NCBI RefSeq assembly: GCF_009834535.1
Contig: NC_045696.1
Span: 48,486,001 to 48,550,000, forward strand
Source: Camelus ferus
Lineage: Eukaryota
DNA: 64,000 nt
Direction: 5' to 3'
Made by a program: the position numbers and the translations under genes. This document shows positions 36,531 through 51,300 of the stretch, piece by piece. The notes under the pieces are model-generated. The model searched no databases. It was not told the origin of the DNA and saw nothing but the letters and a program-made list of their open reading frames with translations. Position 1 is the first letter of the stretch, and each line of letters opens with the position of its first letter.

Positions 36531-39319
36531 TACATCAAAGGAGATCTTTATTTTCATCAGCTGTTTTTATGGGTCAGAGCTGATAGATCCATTTGAATCT
36601 TGCTAATAACATATTTACTTTTTATCCTCCAACGTGGAATAGATTTGTTTCTTCCTTCTCTTTCCTCCATGTTGACATCACTGGCCCTGAGCTGAACCTG
36701 CTCCTTTTCTTTCAAAATTTCCAGGTAAAAGGCTCATCTTAGGACCAGTGATGAGGCTGTTCTGTCGAATAGTACCTGCTTTTGATGATGATATAGGCAT
36801 CAAATTCCATACAAATTTCTCTACCTTGCAGTGTGCCAGATCTAGTCAAGAGGCTATAATGAACAGTATGTAATAAACTTCAGTTATTTATTAAGATCAC
36901 TGGCATTCAATAATAAAAGGAGTTTCAGCTTAGGGGAAGTAATTTCCAAAGAGAATGAGTGCTAGGAGAGGATGAAAGAGAAATCTGAAGTGGTACATTT
37001 TGTGTCACACTTGAGAACTGCAATAGTGCCCAGTATAGAGGAAGGAAAATGTGAATGCCACAGAGACCAGCAGGACGATTAAATTGAGGATAAATACAAG
37101 AGGGAGGTAGATGTGTTTTGAAGTGTCCTTAGTTAAAGGAATCTAGGGAGCATCTGTCTGGATTAAATACTTTAAGTCTTTCCCTAGAACAGTTTCATTA
37201 TAATTACTACTATTATTATTAGGCAAGATTGAAACAGAAATGTTAATATCATATGTCAAGAAATTTCTGAAGTGAGAGCTGGAAAGCTAAATTTGTCTTG
37301 ATCACCAATCAATGAAAAAATTTTAGCTGATAAACTTGCTTCACTGTGCCTTATGTTTCCTCTCCAAATAATTGAGACTACCATATAGAAGAAGGTGTTA
37401 GGAACCAGCATTTTAAATTGTAGGTCCATAAGAACCTAAAATATGTCAGTGGTGAATGAGTTTATAACTGTATTCAAAACTGTTCTCAGTAATATCTTTC
37501 TTTATAAAATAATTATGACAGAAAAGAAATAATTTGTGATTCTCACACTCATTGGCCTCACTTAAATCCATTCTGCTGTGTATTGAATGGCTTTCATTTC
37601 AAAACAGTTCCCAGAAGTTTTATTAATTGAAGCTCAGTCTTTTCTATTTCATCATGTTAAAAGATTCCTGCCTCAAATCCATTTTTTGAAATAAAGGAAG
37701 ATAGAAATAAAATATTTCAGAATTCAGCAAATCTCTTTTAAAATAATGCTGAATGAAACAAAAAAGACCTTTAGATAATACATTATTGATGGTATACCAA
37801 ATATTAGCAATAATAAAGCATTTAAAAACTATGTTTTTTAAATGAGTCACATAATAAAGTCAGTGGAACTGAAGACTTTATTATAAAATACTCTCTCAGC
37901 ATGACATTCCTAACCCTGCTTTCACTCACATCCCTCCTGTGGAGATTAACCATCCCTAAAGCTTTAATGATTCTGCTTTTATTCTTAATTATTTTTGACA
38001 GTCTTAAAATCTTTAACTTTTTGGCCAAGGTAAGACTTCTATGATATTTCCCAATTCAATTAAATTTATGAAAGTTCAATGAATATGAACATATGTATAC
38101 GTATGTATATAAGTGTAAGTACACATATACATATATATTATAAATTTATATATGTGGGGGGTATATGTATTTGGAGGCCGAGCTATATTGTGTGACTAGA
38201 AGAGAAGATTCATCCTGCAGTGCAGTAGGAAATGTGGTTCAATCTGCCAAGAACTCTACTTATATTATTTTAATATTTATAACAAGTCTGTAGGCCTATG
38301 TATTTTTTATATATTGAAGCATAGAGTGGGAAGAGTTTTATTCCATGATCTCACTCAGCATTAAATGTTACAGTTTGGTTTGCAAGCCAACCTATCTGAT
38401 CAAAAACTGACTTCTTAAACACTTTGATATACTGCTTTGTTCAATGTAAAGCAGAAAAAAAATGAATATGGAGTTTTTGTTTTAAAAAAGCAAATTTATA
38501 TGTTTGAAAAAGGAAAATTGAAAAGGAAGTATCATATGTCAAGCATTAATACTATAAGAGTTGGACTACCTTCCTGAAAAACATCTGGATCAATTCCCAT
38601 AAGACAAAAATTTGCTATAAGGAATTAAAATACAGCAGCATTACAATGACTTCCTTTGAATACAACAAATCAAAAGCCTTAGACTGATACAACCAGATGA
38701 ACTATGAAAAATACAGAAACAACCACATCCAGTGCTTCTGTCACTTATCTATGACAGCCATAGCAATGCTGTTTTAGAATATAAGATGTTTTTGTTTCTT
38801 TGTTTGCTGTGTGGTGGAAATTCTTTGCTGTCTTTGTTGCATCTGCTTCAACTGACATTACTTATTGTTTATCACTATCATGATAAAAATTGTAAACTAT
38901 TTCAAAATCTTTAGCCATACAAGTTCCTATGTGAATTTTGAAAAGATTTCCAACTCTCACTCACTCTATAGTCTTTAGACTTCACTCACAACTAGAAAAT
39001 GGATTTTTTAACTACTACTACACAGATTGAAGAACAACAGAATAAATAGCCCTCAGGTGCCATTTTGACCATCTTCCCTTCTCTGTGATCATCATGCAAA
39101 ATCCTCCTATATGGTCCCCAAACTAACTTAGGTAGATAAAAGTAAAAAAGTAACAGGATTATCAAGTAAAATGGGAACTAATGAGACATTGGGACAGATG
39201 TTGTCAATTCTCTGTCTATTCTCCATTAGGAAACCTCTTACAGAGAAGCTTTAGAGTGTGGTATTTCTATGACTAACTACTGATTTTAGATTAAACCTGA
39301 AATTTCCATTTATAAACAT

Positions 39320-39693
39320 TATGGATGTAATTGTAATTAAGTTAGGAGCTCATATTGGAGTAGGTGGGTCCCAACCCAATATGACTGGTGTTCTTATCAA
39401 AAAGGGGAGATTTGGAGACAGAGCCACACAAAGAGGATGCCATTCTAAAATGAAGGCAGAGGTTGATGTGATACACTTACAAACCAAGAAACACCAAAGA
39501 TTGCCAGCAAACCATCAGCAATTGAGAGAAAGTTCTGGGTTGAATCCTTTCCTCACAACCCTCAGAAGGAACCAATCCTACTGGCACCTTGATCTTGGAC
39601 TACCTATCTCCAAAATTGTAAAACAATGAATTTCTATTTTTTAAGCCACTGAATTTGTGTCACTTTGTTGCAGAAGTTCTAGCAAACTAATAC
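39320..39693 (+). mobile_element. MaLR LTR (MLT1B/C-like), 5'-truncated
   Basis: ccaatatgactggtgttcttat..gaaggcagaggtt..caccttgatcttggact..ttaagccac.. ending aaactaataca. Confidence 0.85.
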
Positions 39694-39849
39694 AAGTACG
39701 GAAACACACTGAGGTGCCATTTTTTGCCTCAAAGCATTTTCTGGTAAGTAGTGTAAAGCCAAAAAGTAATAAAGCTGAGCAGAAAACAGTAAATAAGAGA
39801 CTGGGGAAACTGAGCCAAGTTTTTGATAGAGTGTTTCCAAGCTTTTGAC

Positions 39850-41320
39850 TGAGGAAACAAAATTCGGTATTTAGGTCTTCCAAAATAGCCACACTGGAGG
39901 GGCCACAGTTCAGGAGAGAAAGGAAAAATACTGATATTACCTAATGCTTTTCTTTCAAAAATAATGGGAGATTTGTAAATGGGAGAGAAGTAAAGAAGGA
40001 GGCAGTGTAGTTCCTGAGAAGCCAAGCAGGGCTATTGACAGTTCTTATAATGCTGGAGAGATCTTAAAAAATGGAATTTAAGATCCTCAGTGGAGAAATA
40101 CTGTGAAAAATGCACCAAATTTTTACTGAGAGATACAAAGCAGAAAAAGTAAGATGAACAGGAAATAGAAAAGCCCTCAAGTTTCAAACTAGCTCAATTC
40201 CAGATGAAAATTACTATGATTTCCCCTATTTTAATTATCTGTCCAAAGTAAAAGTCCATCCTCTTTGGGAGAATATAACCTTGAACAGAATCTCTATAAT
40301 TTTGTATACAGCACACCCAGAATTCAGTTAAAATTTAACAGGAAATCCAGAAGACAGGAAAAAAAATGACTGAAAACTAAAAGGTTAAACAACAATAGAA
40401 ACATACCCAGAACTGAGCCAGATATTGGAATTATGAGTTATAGATTTGCATAAAACCTTAATTAGTAATTTTTTTAAATAACAAGATAAAAATGTCGCCA
40501 GAGAATTTTATTCATGGAAAAGAATTTTTTAAAAATCTTAACAGAAAATGCAATAATTAAAGCTTTAATTCTGACAGATGGCTTTACCAGCTTATTAGAC
40601 ATAGCAGAGGAGGTTGTTAGTAAAGTAAAAAAATATCTATAGCAAATATTCAAAATAAAGCTGAAGAGTAAAACATGAATATATATGAAAGGCTATAGGA
40701 GACAAATCAGAAAATGAGAAAGTTAATATATAGTCACAAAATAAAAAAATAAAAATTGGGTCAAACAGTACTGCAGAAATAGAGATGAAAAACTGCATAA
40801 ATCAGAGATGAAAGACTTCAATCCACAGATCCAAGAAATTTCATGAACCAAGGCAAAATAAATACAGAGAAAACCACAAATGCATAATAGGATATCTGAT
40901 TAAAAATCAAAGAGAGAGAGAATAAATTGTAAAATCTGTTGGCAGGTTGGCTTGGTAGATGAGAAATGCATTACCATCGCAGGAGACCCAGTGAAAATTA
41001 CAGCTTCTCCTCAACCAAAACTATGAAAGTGAGAAGACAATGGTTGGACACCATCAATTAGCTGAAGACAATGGTTGGACATCATCAATGTAGCAGCCTA
41101 GAATTCTATACTCAGGAGAAGTATCCTTCAAAGATGAAGGAAAAATAAAAACATTTATAGAAAAATACATATTGAGAAGTTGTAATTGATGAAAATCTTA
41201 ACTAAAATATTTGTGAAAAGACCCTAATACTACAGTGAGAAAATAATACACCATGGACCTAGTGGGGTTCATAGCAGGAATGCAAAGATGTTTCAATATT
41301 TAAAAAATCTATTTCGTGTA
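39850..41320 (+). mobile_element. Old L1 5'/ORF1 region
   Basis: ORF1-like motifs (aatccacagatccaagaa, ctatgaaagtgagaagacaatgg, cctagaattctatactcag..gtatccttcaaagatgaagg) followed by an ORF2 piece (gtggggttcatagcaggaatgcaaagatg). Confidence 0.7.
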
Positions 41321-41324
41321 GTTA

Positions 41325-42400
41325 CTGATGTTAGGGGTTTACATCTGTCACCTTACTATTTGTTTTATATTTGATAAATCTGTTCTTTAATCTCTTTTTT
41401 TTTTTTTTGGCCTTATATAAGATTAAGCAAATAGTTTCCTCTTTATAATTACTTCTCCTACTAACCTCTTAGCTATATACTGTTAGTCATCTATTGTTGG
41501 TAACCATGGATTAGAATATTCATTCTTGACATCATAGATTCTATATGAATTATTACCTTTACCACTTCATGTATCAGAGTGAAAGGAACTCAGAAAAATT
41601 TTACCTTTACTCCTTTCCTCCTTTTGTGTTGTTATTCTGGTGTGTTTTAATTCTACATATACTTTGAAATAACCTGGATTATATGTTTTGTTTGTTACAG
41701 CTAACAGTCATTTATATTTACCCACACAGTTACACTTTGTCTTGCTCTTTGCTCTTTTCTGTATTTCTGTATTTTCACCAAGGGAAAAGTTTCTTCTATG
41801 ATTTCATTTCAGATATTTTTTTCTTTTGAAAGAATTCCTTCAGTACAGCTTTAGTGCATGCCTCTTAGAAATTAATTTCTCTTTTTATTTTAATTTTTTA
41901 TTTGTAAATAACTTCAAAGTTACAGAAAAGTTGCAAGAATAAGGATAGTAAAAAAGTAATCATTTATTCTCTACCTAGATTATATTTATTCTTTCCCTCT
42001 TTATTTGTTTTTGTCTTTCTCTTACACACACATGCACACATGTGCAAATATTTTTCCTGGATCATTTAAGGTTGAATTATATACATCATGGTTGTTTGCT
42101 CCTACACAGTTCAATGTGTATTTTTTTAGTAATAGATACAGTCTTAAAAAAAAAAAGCCACAGCACAGTTATCAGCTCTGATACACTCAATGATGATCTA
42201 TATAATCTATAATTTGTTTTCCAATTTTGTCATTTGAACCAATGATATCATTTATTGGAATATTTTTCCCTCTAGGACAAGATTTGGTCCAGTGACAGGT
42301 ATTGCACTTTGGTTTAGTGTCTGTTTAAGTCTCCTTTCTCAGGCAAATTTCCAACAGCCCGTCTTTGTCTTTTATGATTCCTTGTTTCTGTTGAATACAG
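41325..42400 (-). mobile_element. Old antisense L1 fragments including an L1MC-type 3' end (from ~41890)
   Basis: ttttatttgtaaataacttcaaagttacagaaaagttgcaagaata is a typical antisense L1MC 3' terminus. Confidence 0.7.
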
Positions 42401-45400
42401 TGAGAACTCATCCTGACTTTAAAAGTTACTCACCCCTTTGAATCAATCATATTTTTTTCTTGTGGGCAAAATGTGCAAGAGTCCTAGAGTTGCAAGTAGG
42501 GTAGGTAAAGAATGAATGCATGTTCTACCTACCATCTTGGTGATACATTATCAAAATCCTCACAGCCATCCTAAGAAATAGGTATTGTGTCTCTAGTTAC
42601 CTCAAGTAGTAAATGCTAGACACAGGAATCCAGCAGTCTGTAACTAACAGAAGGTTATAGTGCTATTGCTGAGATCAGTCTTTCTGGAGCAAGAAAGCTG
42701 TTCACTCAGAAAGCAGCAACAATCTAAGTGTTTTTATTTTATTTACAATATGCCACAGCCAGTTGCCAAACTGTGTTACATGTAGAAGTTTGGTTACTTC
42801 CAGCTAGAAGTATAAACACTGCTTTCCAATATACTAAAGTAACATCTTTCCAGTTTTATGAGAAGAAATTTATAAATGTTTTTTTCTCAAAAGTCAAGAT
42901 CTCTTTAGAAAATTAAGGCAACTGTGATATATAACAAGTTAGATATCAAGGAAGCATTGTAATTTTCTTCTTATTCTAAAAAGGATATTTTTATATTTAG
43001 TACTCCAAAATACCCTTGTAAAATTATAAACTGGGGTTTTGATACTAACTTTTTTGAGATATAATTCACATTTTAATCTCCTTTTTTGTTGTTGACCATT
43101 TGAATTTCCTTCATTTTCCTTTTATTTCATCTTTCTGCAAGAGAGAAAAATAAAGCAAACAATATTCTTTGATAAAGAAAGGAGAAAGATAAAGCAATGT
43201 GCCTAAATTCTTCCAGGTTTATTTGGGAAACATGAAACAGATTTATCAAGTACCAAAGACTATAATTTCAACTTTATAACAGAAATTTTTCAGAGACAAC
43301 ACATTTATGTGTTTTGTAATATGAGAAGTATAGGAGCATTACTTTATTTTATTTTTCGAAGAACAGACTGAAGTACATTTGTTTAAATTATACTTACTTT
43401 CTTTTTCAAGTATATCTCTAGCTACTTCTCTGTGGAGCTGTATCAGAAACACATTAGGTACTCAATATACATATGCAAAATGAATGAGTGGATGACATTA
43501 CATAATTGTATTTGTCAAGTTTCAGAATAATTGATGGTATCAGAATATATCTTTTAAAAGGAAAAAGATGAAAAAAAAAAAAAACCCGAAAGAAAGCAAG
43601 AAGACAATCGATGTTTCCAAGAGCATGCAACTTAATTCCTTTTTAAGCTTAAATTGAGACAAGAGCCACCTGCAGTCTCGAAAAATTACTTGTAGATTAT
43701 AACAACCAGAATTTACTTGTTAGTTTGGGTGTTCTGAATGGGACTGTTGGTTAATATTTACCCCATGCTTTGTTCCCCCTGTTTACTCTTGAGCCCATTT
43801 CTCTCTGAGTACCATTCAATAGCTTCATGAAACCTAGAACTGACCACTTAAGCCTTACCCATTCATCAATGACCAGACCAAATACAGGTCCATCAGGAAG
43901 CTTTTCTCCATCTTCCCAGCTGGAATTGACCTCTCCTCCATCTGAATCCCCCTGGCACTTGGTTTCACCCTTGAGCTGCTGAGTTCATTGTCATTTTCTC
44001 CACTTCCCTTCGAATTCAGCACTAAAAAGGACCACTACTTCAGAAGACATGTTATTCCTTGATATCTAACTCATTGCATATCAGAGTTGGAGATGAGAAG
44101 TTTTTGCTAGTGAAGAGTATTTTAATATTATTAGTTTAATTCTAGACCTGTATTTAGAGCTGTTGCATATGAGGCTAGAAACAGAGAGCTGCAAAGCACA
44201 GGGATGTGTGTGTGTGTTTCACTGGAAAGTGAATCAGTTTGTCAATTTAGTGCAAGAGCCTCAAGAATTCAAAAGTGTCAACAAGATAAAAATTATATAA
44301 AGGAAGAGGCATACAAAGGGTAAGAGAAATTTGGGAGGTGCTATTAACAGTGGTAAAGGTGGTGATGGTAGGTAGCAGGTCCTTCAACAAGGAGAGGAAC
44401 CACGTTCATGGAACAGCAATGATACGAGAAGACTGAATATTTAAAACGCATCCAAGTTGAACCTTTTGCAGTCTAGCCCTTTATTTTCTAGTCAATAAAG
44501 GCAGAAACCACTAACAAAGCAGATGTTAGAATAGAAAGGCAAAACAGAATAATACATACAAATCCTAAGAGGTAAAATAAAAAGGGGGAAACAGTACTAT
44601 TTCATAAGAAGCCTTCACAAACTTCAATCTATTTAGTTTTAGTTCTTTGTCAAAGTTATTTTTATGGATCAGGACAAGGCTGAGTAAAGAAGCATGGAAA
44701 CAAGATCAAAACTTATCTTTAGAGAGTCAGGAACATAGACTGTATATTTTGACCCAAATCCTAGTGGACGTCACACAAAATAGCAGGACTTTATCCCTCA
44801 GTGAGCAAAGGTGTTGCTCTGCGTCTGAAGACCTAAAAAATGCAGCCTTTATGATGGAAACCGTACACTGATTAATCCTTCTCCCAAAAATTCAGGACAC
44901 ATCTATGCTGGTTTTAATATAAATTAGATTAATCAGAGATTGATTTATTCCAAGTAAATTGTTTAGAAGTCCTGTGAAGGAGCAACTGCCTGGAGATCTG
45001 GAGGTCTTTAGTTCAAATCCCAGCAGAGGGAAATCTGTTTCCTCTTAGACAGTGAAAAGCAGTTCCTAGAAAGAGCAGAATTCTGTCTCCACCATTGCAA
45101 GGTATGAACTGGTATTTGAACGTTTTCAGTTTTTTCCAATCTCAAGTATAATTTTAGTAAGTGATTCTGGAATTAGCAACTACTTAAAAGCTTAGCTAAA
45201 AAATTTCAAACCAAAACAAGAAACATAGAGACAAACTTGACAGAAATTAAAAATATACAATATGTAGAATTTGTTTAGAGGACCATCTCCTGCTTTTATT
45301 CCCTGCCTCTACTCCTGTACGCATGTTAATCCATAAGTTGTTTTATATTTTTAAGATGCTTGTGTGGGAAGGTTTTTATGCAGATAAGCACCTTGGTCCT

Positions 45401-46702
45401 TTCATTCACGCCTTACTGCTCCATCATCTCCAGCTTACCCTAAGTTTATTTCTGCCTGACTTTGCAATCGAGAAAGCTCAGGAGACATGTCAAAATGCTC
45501 AGTGAGAACCTAGATCTCGCACCTGGTGGTTTCAGATCATACACTGCTGTGTAGCCCTCTCTGCTCCTGGGCACATCTTTCCCTTGAGGGAACTTAGGGC
45601 TTGTCCCTTCGTTTCCCCTTCCCTAGGCTCTGGGCCATCCATCACCTGGTGCCGTGAGATGCAACATCAGAAGTCACTTGTTTTGTTCAGGATTCCTGCT
45701 GAGTTTGCTTTAGAGATGTGGGGCACAGCTCTCTCTGATTCATTAAGACTGTTCAGGGAATGTGTATCTCCCCTTCCAAAGCATGTTCTAGTGCTGACAC
45801 AAAATCAGGAGGGCCAAGCCCAGAAGTTAGTTTTGAAGTGCAGGAGGTTGTTATTGGAACACAGTCTCTAGTTCCACCAATACAACTGGTAACCACAGCA
45901 CTTTTTAAGGGAGTTTTCACAGCTTTAAGAGTGCAGAGCACATTTTCAGAGGAAGCCGAAAGAATAACAAAATTGAGACCCAGTGTGTGTTCTCGGTGAG
46001 ACTGCCACAGCCAAGTCATAGCCAGGGATACTTTAAACTTAAAAATAAATTCTTGCCTAGAAATTCTTTACAAAGAGTATTTAGAACATCTCTCCATGTG
46101 CTTCCTGCAGTCTTTCAGAGTAAACAGCTATTTTCGATTGAACAAATAAACCACCTGTCAAAACCTGATTTTGTATGGAATGTTGATAAATACTGGAGCA
46201 TAAATACAGCAATGAATGTTTTACCCACATATCCATATGTGAACTATTTTGGAATTATTCTCAACCAGCACTGAAAATGTTTCATATTGGAAAAGAACCT
46301 GCAATGAAATGAGCTGAAAAGACTCACATTCTTGGTGAGAAGGGCACAGCATGATGAATTATGGGGATAAGAAAGTGGTAAGTTTCTATGATTAAGTGTC
46401 ATTTGTGAGGGGAAAAAACAGTGCCCTTCACCTTCTATTATCTTTTCTTCCACCATGGTTGGAAATCTGATGGATGTTTGGTACATGGCCCTTATCTGTA
46501 GTGCAAGAGAGAAAGCAAAAAGTGTAAACAAACGACAAAAAAGCAAGGAAATAAGAAAGCCACGAGACTTAGAAAGTTGCTTGCTACTACTGCTTAGCAC
46601 AACGGCTCATAGGTCATGACATTGGCAACCAAAGATTTCAGCTGTATGTCCCCATGTCTTGAGCCATGTTGTTCCTTCTCCTGAATATTTTCTCTCTCCA
46701 CC

Positions 46703-47120
46703 TGTGACATCCATGAGCGTACACTTCTCAGACATCCTTTGAAGGGAGAGCTTGAGGTTCTCTTTGGCTGTCACCCCTTTGGAAACGAGGACAATGCTCA
46801 CACCAGCTCATGCTCTTCCTGGGCAGGTCCCAGCCAATGACTGATTGCAGCTGTCCTGCAATGAACAGTCTTTTCTCTGAACCTCCCCTTTCAATCTGAC
46901 TGAGACTTTCTCAGGGCTTTGCTGCAATCTGGGGCTCTTTCTACTCAATCCTCTGACTTACCGGCTCTCCTTTCATAGGTATCTTCTCTGAATCACTTTC
47001 TGAAGGTTCTTTCTACCTATTCTTGCTACCTTTGCCTCCATCCTCCACAGGCACTTTACCCAATAAATATCTCCCATATTGAATTTCCTGTTGATGTGGC
47101 TCCTTAGAGTGGCACACACT
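46703..47120 (+). mobile_element. ERVL-type LTR (LTR16-like)
   Basis: Starts tgtgac, internal ccaatgactga and tgactgagactttc, and cccaataaatatctc near the 3' end. Confidence 0.6.
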
Positions 47121-47919
47121 GTAAACTAGCACACACTCTAAAGTTGATCACGTCACTTATAAAAAAGTCAAGGCCAACTAAAATGCCACTACTTTCATGA
47201 ACTTTCTTCTAATCCTTTTAACTGACTGTAATATCTTATTCCTTGAAATCCCCCCCCACTAGAAAATGTACTTTTTTACAAGAGTTTTATAAAACTATCT
47301 TCTTTTATTTTAATGTATCTATTGCTTGATTTCAGTAATTGGAAGATAGACACTGTTAAGCTACTTTAAAAAAATATTTATTCTTTCACATTGTTTACCA
47401 CACAGGAGGCATTCATCAACTCTCTGCTCAATTTAATTAAATGTGTTGTCTTACTTTATATGATGCTTTCAGGCCTCTGGGAAGTCCCTTGCATGGCCCA
47501 TGCACACCATCTGCAATGGGCAAAATTTCCCCCTTTATTATTTCTGTGATGTCCTCTTACTGCTATAACTTAATTGCTTTTCTGTAGGGTTTAGCAGATT
47601 CAGAATTCTCTTTTGCCATATGTCCACTCACGCTTCTTTTTATTGTGCACATTCTATATGCTTGGTTCTGTGCTATGTGATTAAAAACACAAAGATGAAA
47701 AAGCCATGGCCCCTGTCCTCAAAAAGCTTTGAGTATGGTAGGAAACACTAATATGCAAAGAAATAAGGTAACAAAATTTTTGAAGGTGCATATATGTCTA
47801 TACAAGATTCAGTAGTTGCATTTAAAAAGGGATGGTCAATCCTACGTGAGAAATCCGGAAAGTCTTCATAGATATGATAGTATCTTACACGAGTCTCATA
47901 AAATCTGTAGTAACTCATG

Positions 47920-48398
47920 TTGTAGGAAACAGGAGTAGTACCTGGTGAATGCTGTGAATCACTCCTTCTCCTTGTACCCCCTGGAGTGTGGTAAGACTTG
48001 GTCCCTCCTTTGCTGGGAGTTCTAAGATGGCCCTCGGCTGACAGTCTTGTTTGCAGTGGCTTTCAATTAAAAACATAAACAAAAAATAAAAACAAACTCC
48101 CTTGCCTGAGATAGTGTCTCCTGCCAGAGGTCATCTATAGCTGATGATTTTTCAATGTGTGTGTTTAAAATCCTAGGTTTCTTCACCGTTGACTTGGGAC
48201 AACTCTGAAGATCCATTCCAAGTAAACAACTCCCCGTGGGGTTGGCTGACAACTTTATTGGGCCTGAATCACACGCTAATTTCTGCCTCTGCGCAGTCCT
48301 CCCTTCCACAAATTTTAAGATCAGGAACACCTCCTAATAAGGCTTTTCCATGCTAACTGCATCTCAGAATTGCTTCTCAGAGAATCCAAACTGCAGCA
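47920..48398 (+). mobile_element. ERVL-type LTR (LTR16/33-like)
   Basis: 3' end ctcctaataa..catgctaactgcatctcagaattgcttctcagagaatccaaactgcagca is typical of old ERVL/MaLR LTR ends. Confidence 0.6.
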
Positions 48399-51300
48399 AG
48401 TACATTCAGTCCAGGCAGGGGGTGGGGGGCGGGCAGTGTAAGCAGAAGCGTGGGTGCAGACTGTGAGTGTGGAGCACCTCAGTCTTCCAGAAATGGCCTC
48501 CCGGTTCCCTGAATGTTTTGTATTTCTTTGCTTTGTTTGTTTTTAGCTTTTTTACTGAGATAATAAACACACACATAGAAAAGTCTTTTTTATCAACGTA
48601 ATTTTTTTTCTTCCCTTTTCTTGTGTATTTTTTTCTGCTGTTATGGGCCAAGGGAAATGCTAGGAAAGTCCTGTGAATCATCTAATGCTTTGTATTATCC
48701 ATACTGCTTTCATGTTCTATGAATGGAAAATTCAAGTAAATAGAAGATGAGGCAGCAAAATGTCCTCCTTTAATTTTAGTAACATCCCTATAAAAGTACG
48801 TAATTACTCCATCATTTTTTTTCTCTCAATGATTCATTAAAAAAAAAGGACACATGTTTATAGATCAGATAAACCCAACAACCTCATAAAACTATAACCT
48901 CAGAGAATTTTCCTACTTGGAAAACCACTAGTGTGTTCATCTCTACTTTGTATCTCATCACACATTTGAGTAAAAATGCAACTATAGAAAGACCACACAT
49001 CAAAAGTTGCAGCCGTCTTAGTCCAACCTGGGCCAATGCTAACCTAAAATTCCTGAGTAGAAGACGCTTATGGATCATGAAACAACGTGATACACCATTT
49101 TTTATTCCACCTGTGTTACAATGCCTTATACTGACATTATTATTTGAAGTTGCACCTGTTGAAACAGGACGAGCAACACTTTTTAAAGCAAGTTAATAAT
49201 TGAACAAGTGATTATTCTAAAAGGCTCATGTGAAACAAATTTTGGCTGAGATTGGAGAAACAGGAGAGTCAGTCATTTTGTTGGACTCTGGAAATCACAG
49301 AGAATTTCTTAAATACCCATATATTAATTGTCAGTTACCTTTTTATTCCCACTTCTCTTCTTCCTCTTCCTCTCAACTACATATTTGTAGATCTTTAAAT
49401 CAACAACGTCCCTGAATTTTATTCATTTCCTACAGTTGGGATTTGATTCTTGAAAATCAAACTGATTGCAAGCTCAGCCCTGGAGATGCATTCTGGCATC
49501 ATCATTTTACATAATGTTAGAGAAATGTGGGAGAGATGTATTTGGAGGGGGAGGTATGTACACAAGATGCAAATGAAGGAAATCTTAGCAAAGCAAAACA
49601 GAGTGATTCTAATTTAGTGTTCAAATTAGTTTTGCAGATAGCTAGACACTTGTCTCTCATTTTCAATCACTCCTCTGTTTGTAGAGTACTTTGATGGGCT
49701 GTCTTGATAGCAAAATTATAGGCAATTAAATTTAGAGGGCTAATTTTTCTAATGATTTCAACTTCAGAAAAATAAAATGGGAGATAACTTAAATATATTT
49801 TATAAAATGAAGCAGTATTATTTCAATGGATCAAAAGCTTTGTCTCTTAGAGAATCAAAGGGCTTAGCCTTCGGCATCAATCACATTTTTCATGAGAAAC
49901 AGAACTTTTCAGCTCTTGAAGCTTCATGACAGAAAAATGATTCAACCGACCTGCTATAAGGCTTGCTTCGAGACGTGAAGATAGAGAGGTATTTGGCAGC
50001 AGCTGTTAACCCACCTGCAGAGAAAACTTCTGTCTCATTTCATCTGTTCAATTGTTCACACAATCCAGACTAGTGTTTGCTTGTTCACAATTAAAGCCTA
50101 GTCTTCAGAGATTGTTTCAGAAAGAGGATCAGAGAGCCTGCAGGGTCTGAATGTTAATCTCGTCTTCCTGGTTAAATCCTAGCTCATCATATACATGATG
50201 CTTATCCAAGAACATTCAGTTGGTTAACTGAGGTGAAGTTAAAAACTTGAGCTAAGAAAACTTGGCCATCTTCCCACACCTGCGTCTGTAGTGGCAGTCC
50301 TAAACGCTGTATTTATTTGCATTCATTTTCGACGCATATTTATGGGAAACCAACACTGTAGCATTGAGATGCACATCTAAATCTGTACTTTCATAGATTT
50401 CATCTGTCCTAAGGAATGTGGACCATAATGCCTGCTTATGCTAAAATGTGTTAGAAAGAGGCTCCTTTATCCTAGGAATCAATTGCATCTCCTTACAATG
50501 CATGGCTGCCAATAACGTATTCTGGCTTCTTATACGAGAAAATAATGCAATTGAAATGACTGAAAGTAAAGCATATTAGAGAACAGCACATGTTTGAAAA
50601 CCGAAATATAGCAATACTAGCACAACCAATGTCTGGATGGCCATAGTAGCCAATGCTATGGCTTACAATTATTTCAATTGTAAGAGAGAGGAAATAGGTT
50701 TTTCACCACAAAGCAATTCATTCAAATAAGCTTTTCAAGGGAGTATTTAAACTGAAGATATCTTAGAAATTTCAAGTAAAGTTTTCTGGCAGATATGCTG
50801 GTTATAATAATCAGTAATTTTACTCTTAAGAGACATAAGAAAATCTTAATATGGGTTTCTTGGTTATTTTAGTCAGAGTTGAATTTTTAAGGGGTTTGAA
50901 GTGCATTTTTGACATTTAGTACCTAATAGTTCTCTGTAAAAGAACACAGTTCTCTTGTGTCAGGATGGTAAAAATTACACTGTTTGCTTGAGAGGCACCT
51001 GTTTAGCCTCTTAGGTAAGTGTAGTATAAGAAAATTTTTGGAATTGTGCACATCCAGTTACGTTTGTAACTATTCAGGTCAGCCTGGGAGAGGTATATGT
51101 TCATGACTTTGTTTAAAGCACACGTAAAAGGGACAAATTATTGGTAAAATAAAAACATGCAGTATTAGATTGTGACTTAGGAATAAACAAGGTAACAGAA
51201 AAACAACCAGTAATAGTCTTGAATTTAAGCACTCAATAAGCAGTCCCATTCCAACAACACTGAGAGGGACTGAGTTAATAAAAATCACAATGGAATAAAG

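Noticed and set aside
36748..36850. Box C motif GTGATGA suggesting a C/D snoRNA
   Set aside because: No box D (CTGA) with a terminal stem at the expected distance.
45584..46019. Several overlapping ORFs in a GC-richer patch with a possible acceptor (ttttgttcag at ~45690)
   Set aside because: No recognisable protein, no convincing donor, and open frames on both strands suggest a compositional effect.
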